Shown piece after piece: positions 1-7,936 of a stretch of DNA of 64,000 bases. The translations under genes were made by a program, and so were the position numbers. The notes under the pieces are model-generated. The model was not told the DNA's origin and did not search any database. It saw nothing but the letters and a program-made list of their open reading frames with translations. The stretch is from a virus. The DNA lies in IMG/VR virus record IMGVR_UViG_3300028831_000484, positions 5,398 to 69,397 of that record; one strand, given 5' to 3'. The first letter of the stretch is position 1; the number at the start of each line of letters is the position of its first letter.

Positions 1-633
1 GCGCTTTACGACACTCTGAAGGACGCTTCGTTGGAGGAAATGATCATTGAAGCAGCCGAGAAAGTGAACACCACGCCGGAGTTGTTAACGGCGCTCATGC
101 GCGACAAGACTGGCAACCCGGTGATGACAGGCGAAGCCCTGCGTAAAGCAATGGCGCGTTGTCCGTGGAACGCGAGGTTCAAGACGGCGTGTTGGAAGTG
201 CAGCGATATGTTCGTGAAGTTCTCTGGCCGTGACGACTGCTTCTACGGAGCAATCTACAAGAAGCGCAAGGCGCAGGAGATCGCTTACAACTCTCAGAAA
301 AAGTTCGCAGACCAAGCCGCTCAGAAGTTGAAGGACTTCAAGATCGGCAAGAGCACCGATGCTTACAAAGCCTACATCCAAGGGTATCTGCCGGATGCGC
401 ACTTGCACGCTAGGGCCATGAGATACACGGTCAAAGTTTTGCTGAGTCATTGGCAATTGGTGGCCTATTGGTGCCACTTCAAGACCTTGCCGCCAGCACC
501 GTATGCACTCGTATATCTCAAGCCACTGGGCCACACACACCTTATTAAACCACCGAATCTGGAGCTGTTCGAGGAGTTCAAGCCGCTCATTGAAAAGTTG
601 AAGGCTGAATGGCCGGAGTGGTGGGTGGATTAG
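1..633 (+). CDS. Tas-like Nop-domain (IS110-related) RNA-binding protein, 5'-truncated
   Basis: Frame is open back to base 1 (ALYDTLKDAS...), so the start lies outside the window. Motifs PWNARFKTACWK, FYGAIYKKRKAQE, YLPDAHLHARAMRYTVKVLLSH and PPAPY match my recollection of the phage IS110/Nop-like family. A dual-repeat array begins at its stop codon. Confidence 0.8.
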   Translation, partial: ALYDTLKDASLEEMIIEAAEKVNTTPELLTALMRDKTGNPVMTGEALRKAMARCPWNARFKTACWKCSDMFVKFSGRDDCFYGAIYKKRKAQEIAYNSQKKFADQAAQKLKDFKIGKSTDAYKAYIQGYLPDAHLHARAMRYTVKVLLSHWQLVAYWCHFKTLPPAPYALVYLKPLGHTHLIKPPNLELFEEFKPLIEKLKAEWPEWWVD

Positions 634-1033
634 TCATGTCACGAGATAGCAACAAAAGTCACGCACGTCAGTCATGACGTTCGCTCGCAACAACAACCAT
701 GCACGCCAGCCATCGTCCGGATTAGCAACAAGCCGTACGTGCAGCCACGAGAAAAGCTGGCAACATACGAATAGTTAAAGTCACATCATGTAATCGCAAC
801 AATGCCACTGAACGAGTCCTGTGATGCAATAGCAACAAGTTCGTTGAACGATCAGTTACGCTGCTCAATGGCAACAAGGAACTTGAGCGAGGCCAAGAAC
901 CGCGATAGCAACATAGCTTGCGAGCAGCCAACGTGTTCAATAGCAACAATTACGCCGAGCAGCCAAGCGTGCCAGTTGCAACAAAAGGAATGAACAAGCC
1001 AGGCATGCAGATTGCAACAGAGCGCATAATCGT
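632..1033 (+). repeat. TIGR-like dual-repeat guide array 1 (11 units)
   Basis: GCAACA loop motif at 649,687,725,760,796,832,871,908,943,978,1014 (35-39 nt period). Each is preceded by AG(C/T)CA-like + 10 nt + 2 nt and followed by ~9 variable nt. Confidence 0.88.
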
Positions 1034-1405
1034 ATGAGAATTACGTTCTGGTCGAAAGCGGAAAACCTCCCGCCGTGTCTGGTTCGAATGCTGGCGCGGC
1101 GGAGAGGTTCCCGGTTGATGACCGATGAAGAGATTGCCTCCGAATCCGGTCTGCCTTGCCAGTTGGTGAGGGCGTTATCGCAACTCACTGACTGGACGGG
1201 GGTGGACATCTGGACGATGCAAAAGTTCTTGGAGGGATGCAAGGTAGACTTTGAGGACTACAAAGAAATGCACAGAATTTCGGAATACCTACGCAGGGAA
1301 CCGAACTGGGGTCACCTCAAAAGGGATCCCGAATGGCAGACCAGGTGGTTGCCACTCATTGAACGATGGACAAAACAAATACATGGTAGTAGTAACGAAA
1401 GGTAG
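1034..1405 (+). CDS. small putative HTH DNA-binding protein
   Basis: MTDEEIASESGLPCQLVRAL resembles a helix-turn-helix; lies directly upstream of the integrase. Confidence 0.5.
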   Translation: MRITFWSKAENLPPCLVRMLARRRGSRLMTDEEIASESGLPCQLVRALSQLTDWTGVDIWTMQKFLEGCKVDFEDYKEMHRISEYLRREPNWGHLKRDPEWQTRWLPLIERWTKQIHGSSNER

Positions 1406-1407
1406 TA

Positions 1408-2577
1408 ATGAAGATAGAGAAAAACGCGGCCGGAATTTTTGTCGCCCGCGTCATAACAAGCAACGGTAAGCGGACAATCAATCTGCGAACCACAAACCTA
1501 GCCGAAGCCAAGGAAATTGCGGCAGAGGCAAACATTGAAAAGGCCGAATTGATTGCGAAGATCGGAGTCATAAAGCGGGACGTGATCGCACAGGTCGTAC
1601 TGGCCCAGCGCATGTCGATGAAGGAATCCCTCAAGGAATGGGTTGACTGGCTGAAGCTGCACTCGTCACCCAAGCACGTCCTCAACATGGAGCAGGTGAT
1701 GCGAGGGTGGATCAGGAAGATGAAGCTGGAGCAGCGCGCCGTCCATGAAATGACGGCACTGGACGTGGACCGGTGGATCAATACGGAGAACACCAACAAA
1801 GCGTCAACCAGGGAATTGAAGTTATCCTGCCTCCGTGGGTTCTTCCACTTCTGCGAAGGCCGTAACTACTGCGTTGGTAATCCGTGCCGGGAGATCCGCG
1901 TTCGCATGGACAACCTGCTGCTTGAACAGAAGGAAACCAAGTCAGCGCAGCCTTTGACGCAAGACTTGGTGGACATCATCACGAAGGCTTACGATGCTGA
2001 GAGAGCGGAGCTGAAGGTCCTCAGCGAAAAGGCTTACGCTGCGCATGAGCTGGCGATCAAGGAAGGCACGTACCTTCCGGCGCATTTGGCAAAGCGAGAG
2101 CGTTTGAGGAAGCTGATTGCCGAGAACCTGTTCTGGAGGTGCGCCACGCAGTTGGCTTGGGAGACCGGCCTGCGGCTTGGTGACATCTGCCAGTTGGAGT
2201 GGTCGTCAATCGCCGTGGCTGGCAAGCTGGTGGTCTGGACGGACAAGACCGATACCAGAGTGGAGCTGAAGATTAAACCGGGCCTGCAAGCGTTGCTGCG
2301 CACTGCGCCGAAGACCGGCTCGCCTTGGGTGTTCCCGGATATGCAGCAGTTGTATTCGGATCCATACAAGCGAACCGCCTTATTCCAAGCGTTCCGGCGC
2401 CACCTGAAGCGGCAGGGAATAGAAGGCTACACCTTCCACTCCCTGCGCCATAGTTACGCCACACGGTTAAGGGCGCGCAAGGTGCCGATGGAACACATCA
2501 GACAGCGACTCGGGCACGCTTCCGTCGAGATGACGGAGCATTACATCCACGACCCAATCCACGACCAGCACGGCTGA
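1408..2577 (+). CDS. int: tyrosine recombinase / phage integrase
   Basis: ETGLRLGDI (R), FHSLRHSYAT (HxxR), RLGHAS (H), EHY (Y) catalytic signature. Confidence 0.93.
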   Translation: MKIEKNAAGIFVARVITSNGKRTINLRTTNLAEAKEIAAEANIEKAELIAKIGVIKRDVIAQVVLAQRMSMKESLKEWVDWLKLHSSPKHVLNMEQVMRGWIRKMKLEQRAVHEMTALDVDRWINTENTNKASTRELKLSCLRGFFHFCEGRNYCVGNPCREIRVRMDNLLLEQKETKSAQPLTQDLVDIITKAYDAERAELKVLSEKAYAAHELAIKEGTYLPAHLAKRERLRKLIAENLFWRCATQLAWETGLRLGDICQLEWSSIAVAGKLVVWTDKTDTRVELKIKPGLQALLRTAPKTGSPWVFPDMQQLYSDPYKRTALFQAFRRHLKRQGIEGYTFHSLRHSYATRLRARKVPMEHIRQRLGHASVEMTEHYIHDPIHDQHG

Positions 2578-2776
2578 ACAACTTCGTGATTGGCCGTGTC
2601 ACCGAGTAGTTGTTGACGATGACGGAAGCAAGGAGATTGGCCAAGCCAAGCTCGCAATCCTTGCGGTTGTGATAACCTTCTCCCGAATCGCCAACGATAC
2701 GACCGCTGCGCTTCGCCCGCCATCTCCATTGCCGGTCGTCGTCCTTGTAGAACGTGAAGCGCGTTTTCGTATTCAT
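2498..2776 (-). CDS. DUF1508/YegP-family small protein
   Basis: FTFYKDDDRQWRWRAKRSGRIVGDSGEGYHNRKDC. The ATG at 2776 overlaps the upstream stop (ATGA). Confidence 0.75.
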   Translation of the reverse strand: MNTKTRFTFYKDDDRQWRWRAKRSGRIVGDSGEGYHNRKDCELGLANLLASVIVNNYSVTRPITKLFSRAGRGLGRGCNAPSSRRKRARVAV

Positions 2777-3159
2777 GGACTTGGTGGTTGAGGTTGTGGC
2801 TGATGCGGAACTACCGGGATGGTGCCCGGCAACGGTGGACTTGGCCGGACCCCGATGGGAAGTAACCCAAGGGGAGTGGACACAACGGAAGGCTGCGTCG
2901 GCGTCATCATGTCCGGCATCCATTGAACCGGCGTTTCAGAGATCAGTTGATGCGCGGCGTTGAACGTGCGCCGGAAGGTACCGATGTGGTCCTTGCGGTC
3001 ACTGTTGTAGATACTGCCATCTGGCAGATGCGCATTAACGATTAGCACTTGGCGTTCGATGATGCAGGTTTCCTCGTAGTTGCCATTAGCCCAGCCTCCG
3101 GACGGCAGACAGTTGGTGTTGAAGATAACGGTGGCGAGGAGGAGGGTGTTGGTGATCAT
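2773..3159 (-). CDS. hypothetical protein, hydrophobic N-terminus, Pro-rich tail
   Basis: ORF chained by ATGA overlaps. Confidence 0.6.
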   Translation of the reverse strand: MITNTLLLATVIFNTNCLPSGGWANGNYEETCIIERQVLIVNAHLPDGSIYNSDRKDHIGTFRRTFNAAHQLISETPVQWMPDMMTPTQPSVVSTPLGLLPIGVRPSPPLPGTIPVVPHQPQPQPPSP

Positions 3160-3599
3160 GGTATGGCTTGGAGTTTAACGCGATAAAATGCAAACGTGTT
3201 GTTGTTGGTAAACGGCAGAAACAGCGTGGAAATGTTTTCAAACGGCCCGGCCAGTGACGGCGCCTGCTCAATCTCCGCTCGCAGGTTGATAATGATCGGA
3301 CCCGGTGGCGTTGGCGTAAGCGGGACAAGTTGTATAACCGGCGCGCTGAGCGGACTGGACTGCCACTGGTTGGTGCAGCTCATCGCGTAGGTATGGAATC
3401 CAGGCATCACGCTGACAAGGACCGCGCTGTTGGTAACGCCAACGTCCAGCTTCCGAACCCATGTCCCGTTCACCTGCTCAAAAATACAGTACCCTGCGAT
3501 GGCTTGGTTTGGATCATTCAACGGCCAGTTGAACACGACATCCATCGCGTAAACGTTGGTGACAATGAGAAGCAACAGGAATCCAATTAGATTCTTCAT
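3156..3599 (-). CDS. secreted FN3-like domain protein
   Basis: Signal peptide MKNLIGFLLLLIVTNVYA; W...GY...YAMSCTNQWQSSPLS pattern; C-terminal FYRV. Confidence 0.6.
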   Translation of the reverse strand: MKNLIGFLLLLIVTNVYAMDVVFNWPLNDPNQAIAGYCIFEQVNGTWVRKLDVGVTNSAVLVSVMPGFHTYAMSCTNQWQSSPLSAPVIQLVPLTPTPPGPIIINLRAEIEQAPSLAGPFENISTLFLPFTNNNTFAFYRVKLQAIP

Positions 3600-3606
3600 G
3601 GGATAA

Positions 3607-3939
3607 TTACGGGGTGAGGGTGGTGGTGAAGGTTGGTGCAGTTGGCGCGGCCGGGATAAAGCTTTCAAAGTCAACACTTGGGTCCGACTCTCCGTCAACG
3701 TTGACCGCCGTGACAATATAGTAATGGGTGCCAGCCGTCACGTTCGAAACGTAAGCCATGAGCTGTGGGTCTGCCGATGGCAAGACACTGAGAAGATAAG
3801 TATAGTTGGTGCCAGTCCGTTCGTAAACCTTGTACTCGGTTACCTGATCGGAGTCCGGGTTCGGCAGGAAATAAAACCATGTGTCCAGTGCAATGGCTGG
3901 AACAACAATGAGCAGGATGATGGCGAGAGCGCGGGTCAT
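3607..3939 (-). CDS. secreted FN3-like domain protein
   Basis: Signal peptide MTRALAIILLIVVPAIA; YKVY...HYYIVTAVNVDGESDPS is an FN3 C-terminal motif. Confidence 0.7.
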   Translation of the reverse strand: MTRALAIILLIVVPAIALDTWFYFLPNPDSDQVTEYKVYERTGTNYTYLLSVLPSADPQLMAYVSNVTAGTHYYIVTAVNVDGESDPSVDFESFIPAAPTAPTFTTTLTP

Positions 3940-4190
3940 TTCTTGTTTGTCCAAAAGCTGGTGTCGATGCCGCACTTTTTCATCAGTTCAATGACGGCAG
4001 ATGCGTCGGTGGCATACAAGTGACCAACGAATCCGCCAGCGCAATTGAGCAGGAACCCAACGAAAGCAGTCCACCAAAGCACCCGGTTTGGAGCGCCGCC
4101 AGCCAGCATCGGCAGCATGCCAACGCCCATCAATGCCGTGCCAAGCGTTCCAATGGCGCCTCCCAGTGTGGTTCTCCAGTTCGGTGGCAT
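3936..4190 (-). CDS. holin-like two-TM membrane protein
   Basis: NWRTTLGGAIG, two hydrophobic helices, basic C-terminus; at the end of the late operon. Confidence 0.55.
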   Translation of the reverse strand: MPPNWRTTLGGAIGTLGTALMGVGMLPMLAGGAPNRVLWWTAFVGFLLNCAGGFVGHLYATDASAVIELMKKCGIDTSFWTNKK

Positions 4191-4357
4191 CAGTTAGCCT
4201 TGTTGTTTTTCAAAAGTTTCTCCAGCTCTTCGTTCGCCTGCCATTCATAATCAAAGCACCGCTCAACCTCATACCCGTACTTGTTGTCAATCTTTCCTCG
4301 CACACACCACTTTCGCTTTTGCTCATCCCAGCGCACCGTGTAGCGAATTATCCCCAT
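4190..4357 (-). CDS. small hypothetical protein (start uncertain)
   Basis: MGIIRYTVRWDEQ...; fills the gap between the receiver-domain gene and the holin-like gene. Confidence 0.35.
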   Translation of the reverse strand: MGIIRYTVRWDEQKRKWCVRGKIDNKYGYEVERCFDYEWQANEELEKLLKNNKAN

Positions 4358-4398
4358 AGTCCATACCAAGGACCATACCCCTGCCCCATAACTGACAA

Positions 4399-4818
4399 TC
4401 ACAATTCGATCTTGTGTGCTTTGAATACCTCTCCGAGGTTCGTATGTGTCAGCGGCTTTTCGATGATGCCAACGTACCCGATCTTCATGGCATCCTGCAA
4501 ATCCTCGCTGCGCGCATGACCGGTGACGATGACTACCGGAACATTCGGACACACCTGCTTGGCGGCTTTGAGCACGTCAACGCCGCTTCTGTTTTGCAGT
4601 TTCAAATCAAGGAACATCAGGTCAACGGCGTCGGTGGCGCTTCGCAGAAATCCAACCGCGTCATCCACGGACTTATGCCAGAACACCGTGCATCCCTGGT
4701 TTGACAATGCTATTTTGGACAGTTCGCCCTCCTCCGCTTCGTCCTCCACCAGCAACACCTTTGGCGATCTGGCCAGTGTAGCCGCTAGTTTCTGCACGTA
4801 TTTCAGCATTCTATCCAT
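4399..4818 (-). CDS. stand-alone response-regulator receiver (CheY-like) protein
   Basis: KVLLVEDE...DLMFLDLKL..RSGVDVL...PVVIVTG...IIEKP: acidic pocket, phospho-Asp, Thr and Lys-Pro all present. Start chosen at MDRML. Confidence 0.88.
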   Translation of the reverse strand: MDRMLKYVQKLAATLARSPKVLLVEDEAEEGELSKIALSNQGCTVFWHKSVDDAVGFLRSATDAVDLMFLDLKLQNRSGVDVLKAAKQVCPNVPVVIVTGHARSEDLQDAMKIGYVGIIEKPLTHTNLGEVFKAHKIEL

Positions 4819-4823
4819 TTCGA

Positions 4824-5183
4824 CTAATGCTTGAGCCAGTTCTCTATGACTTTGCTTACTATGACCGGAAGTCCCAGCAGTGCGAGATAGGCCGGTATCG
4901 ACCATTTGCTTACTAGCAGTGACCGCCATCTTTCCTGTTTCCATAGTCTGTACTCCAGTGTTCGCACCTGCTTGTTCAACAGGAGCATTTGCGCCGTGTT
5001 GAAATCCGACTGCTGAGCCATCATGTCCAGCGTCGCAACGACTTCACGCTCGCGCCGAGTGAGGTTCGGTGAATCCAAAAGGTCTGGTGGGATCCGTGGT
5101 TGAAACGCAGGCCGCTCCACAGCCGGAAACTGGGAGCGCTCAAACAGGTCTGTGTCTCCTTCCGGTTCACGTTCGTTGCTCAT
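4824..5183 (-). CDS. coiled-coil protein with C-terminal TM helix
   Basis: Hydrophobic WSIPAYLALLGLPVIV near the C-terminus. Confidence 0.55.
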   Translation of the reverse strand: MSNEREPEGDTDLFERSQFPAVERPAFQPRIPPDLLDSPNLTRREREVVATLDMMAQQSDFNTAQMLLLNKQVRTLEYRLWKQERWRSLLVSKWSIPAYLALLGLPVIVSKVIENWLKH

Positions 5184-5202
5184 TTGTTAACGCCATGATC
5201 GT

Positions 5203-6609
5203 TCAGTTCGTTGTCACCGTAGCACCGCGTGTTACTAACGCCGCCGCATCAGTTAATCCCTGGCCGGTTGGCTGCGCATTAGTTCCGCCGTTGAGCAGCA
5301 CCGTCTCGCCAGTTGTGCCCCATGTTGGTGTAGCTATCAAGAAGGCAAGGATGGCATTCACACTAGCTGCATTTAGCGAATTGCCAGTGAAATCATAATT
5401 GACACCGGCAGTTGCCACGTAGTTAGCCAGAGTGAGGGTGGTTAGCAACACGTTGGACTTTATGGTTATGCCACCAGTTGCGGCAACCAGGAGCGGAAGA
5501 TTGACGGTCGTAAGCAGGGTATTGTTTTGAAAAGTCAAAGCCGTGCAGGTGGTTAAACTGGCCAGAACGGTTGAGTCAATTGTCGTTAAGTTGGTGGCCT
5601 CAATCGTCAGCGCGTTGCAGGTCTCCAACAACGGAATTGATAATGCCGATACAGCCGAAATGCTTATCTGTCCACCAGTGTTAATCGTCGTCAGCGCTGG
5701 CAATGAAAGCGAAGGATGAACTGACCCGGCTGGCTGAAAAATAAACGCGCCACACGTCTCCAGCAACGGGACGGACAACGTCGTAAGCGATGGGCAATTG
5801 CTGACCTCCACTGCTCCGTCCGTAGCTGTACCAAGCGATGGCAGTAATATCTGCTCCAGTAATGCGGCACCTGCAAAAGACATCCCATGACACGTTGTAA
5901 GCTCCGGGAAATTAAGCTCCGTGAGAGAATCACAAGTAATAACATTGAAATTGCCGCCGATCACTTTCAACGCGGGGAAAAGCAGTGAAGCCAAAAGCGG
6001 GCAAATACGAAGATAAAAATAACTGCTTGCTTCAAGCGTCGTTAACAGCGGGAATGAAAGGCTGAGCAATTGGTTCATGCTCTCAAAGTCGTAGCCTTGC
6101 TTAGCTGACACATGGTTTATCACCAAGTCAGTAATGTCATTGTCATCAGCTTGATAAACGAATAAGCCAAGGTTGCCAGCCTTGTCCGATGGTGTAACAA
6201 CAACGTCAGCGCCACCTGTACCATCAGCGGGCAGGTACAATTTCGTGCCATGCAAATTATCCAACATCGGCCCGCCCTGCACATTCAACTCAACCTTCTT
6301 CTTACGCCACATCTCGCAGGTCAACGAAATGGCGTCGTCCGTTGTGGCTTCGGCCGATGAACCCGGCACACGAATTACGAATGTATCCGTGTCTGTGACG
6401 ATGGCCGCTTCTCCTTTTGGCGTGTTGAACTCGTCCTCCTTTGCTCCAGAAATGTAAACCCTCGTTCCGTTTTGCAGGTTGTGATCACCATCCGTGGTGA
6501 CCACAACTTTCTGCGTATCACCAACTCGCTCCATGCTGGTGATGCCGATGGTGGTTAAGCGATCCGGCGTGGACCCGCCAACCGAAAGTGTTAGAAATCC
6601 GTTTCGCAT
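5203..6609 (-). CDS. leucine-rich repeat (L-domain-like) protein, probable virion adhesin
   Basis: Repeated LxLPxLxT units; N-terminal H-x-L..V.ISGA..FN domain; paralogue of 6611-7870. Confidence 0.7.
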   Translation of the reverse strand: MRNGFLTLSVGGSTPDRLTTIGITSMERVGDTQKVVVTTDGDHNLQNGTRVYISGAKEDEFNTPKGEAAIVTDTDTFVIRVPGSSAEATTDDAISLTCEMWRKKKVELNVQGGPMLDNLHGTKLYLPADGTGGADVVVTPSDKAGNLGLFVYQADDNDITDLVINHVSAKQGYDFESMNQLLSLSFPLLTTLEASSYFYLRICPLLASLLFPALKVIGGNFNVITCDSLTELNFPELTTCHGMSFAGAALLEQILLPSLGTATDGAVEVSNCPSLTTLSVPLLETCGAFIFQPAGSVHPSLSLPALTTINTGGQISISAVSALSIPLLETCNALTIEATNLTTIDSTVLASLTTCTALTFQNNTLLTTVNLPLLVAATGGITIKSNVLLTTLTLANYVATAGVNYDFTGNSLNAASVNAILAFLIATPTWGTTGETVLLNGGTNAQPTGQGLTDAAALVTRGATVTTN

Positions 6610-6610
6610 A

Positions 6611-7870
6611 TTAGTTCGTGGTTACCGTAACTCCGCGTCCAATGAGTGTGGCCTTGTCCGCTGCGCCAGTAACGCTCGGTGGTGCGCTTGTTCCGCCAGC
6701 CAAGTTGACAGTTCCAGAAACATAAGCAGCGTTAGCCACGCAGCGAGCCAGGATTCCGTCAACGCTCTCCTCGTTCAACGCGCAATTATCGAACACAATC
6801 GGTTTCCCATTCACAGGAACAAGCGATGGAAAGTGAACCTCAACCAACGCAGTGCAGTCCTGGTAGTTAATGCCATCAGGCCCGCTGACGCTCACCAATG
6901 ACGGATAGTAAACTTCCGTCAGCGCTGGATTACCTGCTCCAGCCAAGTTGCCGCCGATTGTAGCAAGCAATGGCGCATATATTTTCAGAAGCGTTGGACT
7001 TAACTGGTTGTAATAAATGAAGTCTAGTGTGACGGACGTTAAGAGCGGCAGATTAACAGCGCAAAGCTGGTTAGCATTCAATCTCAACGAGCTAGTAATC
7101 GCTGTCAGCGCTGGAAGGTACAATCCACGAAGCTTCGGGCTTCCAGTAATTTCCAGCGCACCACTTGCAAATACATCAAGTCCCACATAAGCCAAGTTTG
7201 GATTGCTATTAAACACAATCCCATTAGCGCTGGTACTGGTCAGATTCGGAAAATCAATTACGGCCAAGTCCGGCTCGTCGTGTATGTAAAATGCCAGTCC
7301 GGGTCCCGTAAGGGTAACATCAGATACAACCGTGCTCCCGATCTTTGTCGTAACCACATTTTCAGCGGGGCCTCTTGACTGATAAGTAACATCGACAAGC
7401 GCTCCAGCCGCTAACCCAGCCGCCTGCCCATCAGAATAACCCGTGGCATACGTTGGCAGCACGTCCACTTCCGGCAGGAACAAAAGCTTCCCATCCAAGT
7501 CGTCCAATGGCTTTGTTCCCTCCACCGAAACCTCCAGCTTTTTCTTGTGCCAAATGTCGCGCAGGCAAACGATGGTCCCGCTTGCCGATGCCGTGTCGCC
7601 ACGCAGGCGCATGGAGAACGTGTCTGGTCCGGTTACAATAACCTCTTCTCCATACATCCGGTGCATTGCCTCGCCGCCCGTATTGAACTCCGGTTCTACA
7701 GCGCCGGAGATGAACACCCGATCAAACGGGGTTTGAAGTCCATGAATGCCATCGGTTACGACAAGGACCTCATCGGTGCCAACAACACGATCCATGCTTA
7801 CAACACCAATGGGACTTAACCTTGCCGGTGTGTCTCCGCCGAACGTTAACGAAAGAAATATGTTGCTCAT
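6611..7870 (-). CDS. leucine-rich repeat (L-domain-like) protein, paralogue
   Basis: Same architecture; shared C-terminus ...RGxTVTTN. Confidence 0.7.
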   Translation of the reverse strand: MSNIFLSLTFGGDTPARLSPIGVVSMDRVVGTDEVLVVTDGIHGLQTPFDRVFISGAVEPEFNTGGEAMHRMYGEEVIVTGPDTFSMRLRGDTASASGTIVCLRDIWHKKKLEVSVEGTKPLDDLDGKLLFLPEVDVLPTYATGYSDGQAAGLAAGALVDVTYQSRGPAENVVTTKIGSTVVSDVTLTGPGLAFYIHDEPDLAVIDFPNLTSTSANGIVFNSNPNLAYVGLDVFASGALEITGSPKLRGLYLPALTAITSSLRLNANQLCAVNLPLLTSVTLDFIYYNQLSPTLLKIYAPLLATIGGNLAGAGNPALTEVYYPSLVSVSGPDGINYQDCTALVEVHFPSLVPVNGKPIVFDNCALNEESVDGILARCVANAAYVSGTVNLAGGTSAPPSVTGAADKATLIGRGVTVTTN

Positions 7871-7902
7871 AAATTAAAAACCGTCCCGGCGGGCATGGTG
7901 TC

Positions 7903-7924
7903 GTCACCCTAAACGAAGGGTGAC
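7903..7924. promoter_or_regulatory. 22-bp palindrome GTCACCCT-N6-AGGGTGAC
   Basis: gtcaccct-aaacga-agggtgac, perfect arms, ~33 nt upstream of the 7870 start. Confidence 0.65.
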
Positions 7925-7936
7925 AGAACGCAATAA

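Noticed and set aside
1-633. IS110 insertion sequence
   Set aside because: Followed by a multi-unit array and embedded in a phage operon; no IS ends visible. The N-terminus is missing, so this is not fully excluded.
632-1033. CRISPR array
   Set aside because: Two alternating 5-9 nt repeats with ~9-10 nt spacers, not 25-40 nt direct repeats; no cas genes.
7903-7924. SP6-like phage promoter (TTTAGGTGACA resemblance)
   Set aside because: Lacks the CTATAG part, no single-subunit RNAP gene seen, and the motif is palindromic.
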